From contig NIVC01002635.1 of NCBI GenBank assembly GCA_002269645.1, positions 1 through 64,000 of the forward strand: a stretch of DNA of 64,000 nt, written 5' to 3'. The notes beneath the pieces are model-generated. The model was not told the origin of the DNA. It saw nothing but the letters and a program-made list of their open reading frames with translations, and did not search any database. How positions within the stretch are numbered: the first letter of the stretch is position 1; every line of letters starts with the position of its first letter. This DNA comes from Macrostomum lignano. Taxonomy: Eukaryota. This document shows, piece by piece, positions 59,596-64,000 of the stretch. The position numbers and the translations under genes were made by a program.

Positions 59596-60990
59596 CTTCT
59601 TCTTCTTCTTCTTCTACGCAGCCCCCGCGTCGCCGCTGTCCGGCGGCTGGGGGGGGCGACCTGCAGGCCGCCCCATCATCCTCAGATACCGGCAGATTCC
59701 GCCCGCGTCGTTGAGGTCGAGAGGGTGAGCAAGGCGGGCGGAGTCTCCGCGTGGACACTGCTGCAGGAGGTGCTCTTCTGTGTCTTCGTCTCCGCAGTCC
59801 GGACAGAGCGGAGTCTCGGTAAGGCCGATACGGTAGCGGGTGGCCGCGCAGGCTGTGCTGCAGCCGGCCCTCAATTGGCAAACCGCCACCGTCTCGCCAC
59901 GAGTCAGGCCGCCGTAGCGCTTCCAGGGCGAGCTACGATTCGAGAGCTTGAGATCGAGGTGTCGCCTGGCTCGTTTGATGGCAGCCCTGGCGGCTTCGAA
60001 GGCGATGGGCTGGTCCTGCGTCAGGTCCGAAGCCCGGTTCGCCGCCTTGTCGGCTCTTTCGTTGCCATCGACGCCGACGTGGGCCGGCACCCAGGTAATG
60101 CGGACCGGGCGGGCTTCTTGACTGAGCAGGCTCCACACCAGCTGTCCCATGGGCTCGCGTTGGTCAGCTGGCCCGCGCTGCAGGGTGAGGATGCCCGCCA
60201 AGCTGTCCGTGAGAATGTCGATGCTGCCCCCGTGTGGTTGCTGGAGCTGTAGGCAGCGGCGGATGCCTAGAGCTATAGCCGCTAGCTCCGCCGTCGTGCT
60301 GCTGCAGATGGAGCCAGCGGCTGTCGTGTGTACTTCGCCCCACAGGAGGGTGTGCAGGACGGCCGCGCCACGGCCGTTCCGGTAGCCGTCCGTGGCGCTG
60401 CCGTCTGTCCAGATGACGATATCGTGTTGAGGTCTGGATTCCAGGGCGTTGATGGCTCTCTCCCGTCTGATGCTGTCCGGCACTTTGCGGCCGCAGGTGA
60501 CCTGCAGGCTGGTGTCGAAGCTGACTTCGCTGGGTGACTGCCATGGCGGCTCGGGCATTGGGAAGGGGGCGCGCTTCCCCGCTGGCTCGAAGGCGTTGAT
60601 GCCGAGCTCCAGTGCGGCGCGCCTCCAGCAACCACGGAAAGGCCTGCGGTAGTCGCTCTCCAGCAGGACCCGGTCATCCACCGGGTGTTGCTCCCGTAGC
60701 CACGCCTCGTGAGCACGGGATTTCAGGCGGGGCGGGCAGGGTCTAGCGGCAGTCTGGTGCACCGGGACCTCCCCGGGCAGCCTCAGAGCCCGTTCCCGCA
60801 AGGTCGCCGCTCTCTCCAGGATCAGGTGTCCGATGGGCGGCAGGTCTGCGGCCGCGAGGAGCGCCCTGACGTTCGTGGGCTTAATGCACCCCGAGACGAT
60901 CCTGGCGCAGCAGAACTGTTGCCGTTCGATGTGAAGCCTGCTGCTCGGCGCCGCAAAGGCACCCCAGATTCCGCACGCGTAGTCGGCGTG
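59596..60990 (-). mobile_element. 5'-truncated LINE B (related family; RNase H plus CCHC) with (AAG)n tail, inserted in a (CAG)n tract
   Basis: WTDGSA...TAELAAI...TDSLAGI...WVPAHVGVDGNERAD, CPDCG...EEHLLQQC; (CTG)n on both sides on the plus strand. Confidence 0.9.
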
Positions 60991-61200
60991 CTGCTGCTGC
61001 TGCTGCTGCTGCTGCTATGGAAGTCTCCGTCGGACAAGGGTGCAGCCTGCTCGATATTTACGTCATCCTCGACGTCACCCCGATGATCTCCGTCTCCATT
61101 ATCATCCAACCATCCTGCCTCCTCTAACAGCACATTGGGGAATCCGTTTGCTCAACCTCCAGGTGGATAGTCGGTTCTGCAGCACCGTGGTCTTCTACGG
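60991..61200. repeat. About 200-bp segment duplicated at 62020-62235
   Basis: Both copies start (CTG)nCTATGGAAGTCTCCGTCGGAC; the minus strand encodes an acidic Ser-rich stretch, probably the transposase N-terminus. Confidence 0.75.
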
Positions 61201-61849
61201 GGATCTCATTTTAGGTCGGCATCAGCAGCTTTGCGCTCCCTGCGCCGATAAACCTTCCACTGGGCCGCCCTGTCAGCCATAATAGCGTTGCAGACATTTT
61301 CGGACAAGTATTTTGTGATGAGGTGCTTGTTAAATAAATAGACTCCTACTCTAAACTGCCAGTGTTGGTACAACAACTACTAGCTACATTGACTGAAAAG
61401 GGTATAAAAATAATTGAGACGACGATACACGAGAATTTAAAAATCCACATGCAGTCCAAAAACGTGCGTACATACTTGTGTATACACGTGTATATACTTG
61501 CAATCTTACAGTGGGAACCAAGAACCACCAGAACTTTGTTGAATCAGGAGGTAAAACTCTTAATTGTTGCACATTTTTGAAGGCTCGCTCGTTTACGTGT
61601 GTACTCATGCGTTGTCGAGGCTTTAATTCCTGTTAAATCTACATCATTCTAGTGGTCCTTGGTTCATACTGCTATATAACCCTGGCGTCCACCGGCGTCA
61701 CATACTCATGAACGGAGGTAGCATCTATTCCTCATTTGAACGGATGTAGCAGTTAAATAATATTCTCATCCAAGATATTCACTCATGAACGGAGGTAGCA
61801 GCTATTGCTCATTTGGAGTACATGATATTTGGAGTACGCTGTCTAGCAA

Positions 61850-62019
61850 GGCAGACCAGTTAATCGGATTCGGGCCTTGGCGGAGAGGCAGTGGGTGGCT
61901 CAAGGCGCCATTAACATTAACGCGGGCGGAGCGGTCGCAAAGGAAGGCAAAGCACCATCTGACCAGGGGGGCCGGGGCCTGGAGGTCCAGCATGATGTGG
62001 ACGAGCATTTGCCTCCACA
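61850..62019 (-). mobile_element. LINE C: short RT fragment abutting (CAG)4
   Basis: VWRQMLVHIMLDLQAPAPLVRWCFAFLCDRSARVNVNGALSHPLPLRQG, similar to the matching RT segment of LINE A. Confidence 0.75.
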
Positions 62020-64000
62020 CTGCTGCTGCTGCTATGGAAGTCTCCGTCGGACAAGGGTGCAGCCTGCTCGTTATTTACGTCATCCTCGACGCACCCCGAT
62101 GGTCTCCGTCTCCATCATCATCCGACCATCCTGCCTCCTCTAACAGCACATCGGGGGAATCCATCTACTCAACCTCCATATGGACAGTCGGTTCAGCAGT
62201 ACCGTGGTCTTCAACAGGGACACCAGCCGCCTTATTTTGGGCGTCCTGTCGCTGTTAAGCGAGACGCTCACGACGCCTCCGTTGGCGAAGTGGGTCACCG
62301 CGACGCAACCGTCCTGTTGGGTCGGCATCGGCGTCTTTTGCCAAGCGAGAAAGCGGCACCTGTTAAGAAAATAAAAATAACTAGTCTTTGTTGCAGTAAA
62401 TTAAATAATAAGAGCGAAGTGAGTGGCGCAGGGCCCAAACTAGTATATTTATTTGTTGTATCCCTGCAGCCCCCGGCCCGGCAGTAGGGTGGTCCTACAG
62501 GGTACAGTATCGTGTACAAGTGGTCCTTGCTTAGCCTGCGCGCGGGCGCTAAGGCGAGCACTTCCCCGGACAGTCTGGGGCGTCAGGACGCACCCACGCA
62601 GCCTTCCCACGCGTCGGGACGCAGTGGTGCGGGCCGCCTTCAGAGAGGCGTCGGGACGCACTGGCTGGCGTAGAGGCGTAGAGACGTACGGTAGGTATCC
62701 TTCCGACGTCTCCCTCCCAACTAGCTGAGTCGGCGTCTGGACACACGGACTCTCTGCTCCCCCCCCCCCTAGGCAACCGAAAGAAGGAAGGCAGAATGCA
62801 CACTTACTCAGCTGGCGGCTGTCGCTCAGGACCGGTGCGGGTAGGTGGCCTTATCGATATATTTCTATTTCAAGTAATCGTAGCACGATCGTAACTATGG
62901 CTGTCTAGCGCCGTCGGAAAGCAGGTTTCACGGAGAGGTGAATGGCCGAGACGCGCACCGCTCCAACCCGCCGCGAGCGATGTTAAATAGCACACGCCCG
63001 CGGAGGGGGAGGGCCACGCGCTCTCCACCCCACCACTTCACCAACCCCCCCCAGCCAACCCCCCGGGGACGGCAGCCCCAAGCCCGCCGCCGGACCAGCC
63101 AATCACTACGCGACTAGCTGGCCGCGACCAATCGCCGCGCAGGGCGAGCGAACAAATTCCAAAACTCAAACCGACTTAAGCCTCTGGCTGCGGCAACGCA
63201 AAAAGGGGGGGAATAACAAAAAACCCGTAGGCCAACAGGTGACTCAGCCCGCCGGGGCTAGGTGCACAGGCACCGCAAAAGTGCACAACACAACATATTA
63301 TTATAACTTAGGGGGTTAAGTCCAGAAAAAAAGGAGGGGTGGAGTGGACTAAAGAGAGGCGAGAATGGAGAGCAGATCAGAAGGCGGCGAGGAAGAGATA
63401 AGAATATCAAGATTGCACTAGACAGAGAAAGAGAGAAAACAGAGCATAGGCGTAGGAAGGTTTCAAAAAGCATGGCCTTACTGCCCCCCCCTGTTCTCCA
63501 GGAAAAATTCCCTTTATTTGACATACTAAATCATTGATTAGTTATATTAAACAAAGTAATATCTAGCTACTGCTATCATACTACTGCTCCTCCAGCAAAC
63601 GATCAGAATCCGGCGTACGTCTTGAATGACGAAGTAGCAGCCTGTCGATTAGCCATCGCAGTGCTAGAAGCTGCATTTGGCAACTGCGTGGCCCAACCCA
63701 CCAAAGTGTCGTGGATTCCAAGACAGTCCTATCTACACAAAAATCTCTTTCAGGTCTAGCAGCTGTACGTCTTATACTTTGCCTGAAGGGACCCGAAAGC
63801 TGCAACTTTCTCCAAGGTTTCGACCTCTTCCTTTCCTGACCGGCTCATTCCTAATGTCACGTGCGACACCATTTAGACCTCGCAGTCTGCCGGTTTCGCT
63901 CTGTAGAAACGTGAACAGCCGCTTTCGTCGACCCGAATCCACGACTTTTTTGAGTCGGAGTGGATAGAGGGCATTGAATGGATTTAGCCGATCAGGTGAA

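Overview
Eukaryotic, repeat-dominated 64 kb window with no intact ordinary host gene recognised. AT-rich spacers, GC-rich retroelements, many CAG/CAA runs, short TTAGGG runs and GT-AG introns suggest an invertebrate, possibly a flatworm such as Macrostomum (inference only). Mobile elements: a Merlin/IS1595-type transposase; a full-length APE-RT-RNaseH LINE (LOA/R1-group-like) nested in a mariner fragment; four 5'-truncated LINE pieces that all abut (CAG)n tracts; two Penelope-like GIY-YIG fragments with hammerhead-like cores; a decayed CACTA/EnSpm-like transposase beside a BEN-domain gene; a very young Ty3/Gypsy element with an extra J-domain/TatD-like ORF; and a 944-bp element of two inverted LTR-like units enclosing an exact copy of tRNA nt 39-76 including CCA. 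Between these, a shuffled set of mostly broken genes recurs in both orientations: JmjC (KDM2/KDM7-type), SET (SETD8/PR-Set7-type), RPA70-like OB folds, an unrecognised double zinc-finger family and an unrecognised ~78-aa family. Tandem arrays include a 6.9-kb 21-bp satellite with higher-order structure. All domain calls are by-eye motif recognition, not database results.
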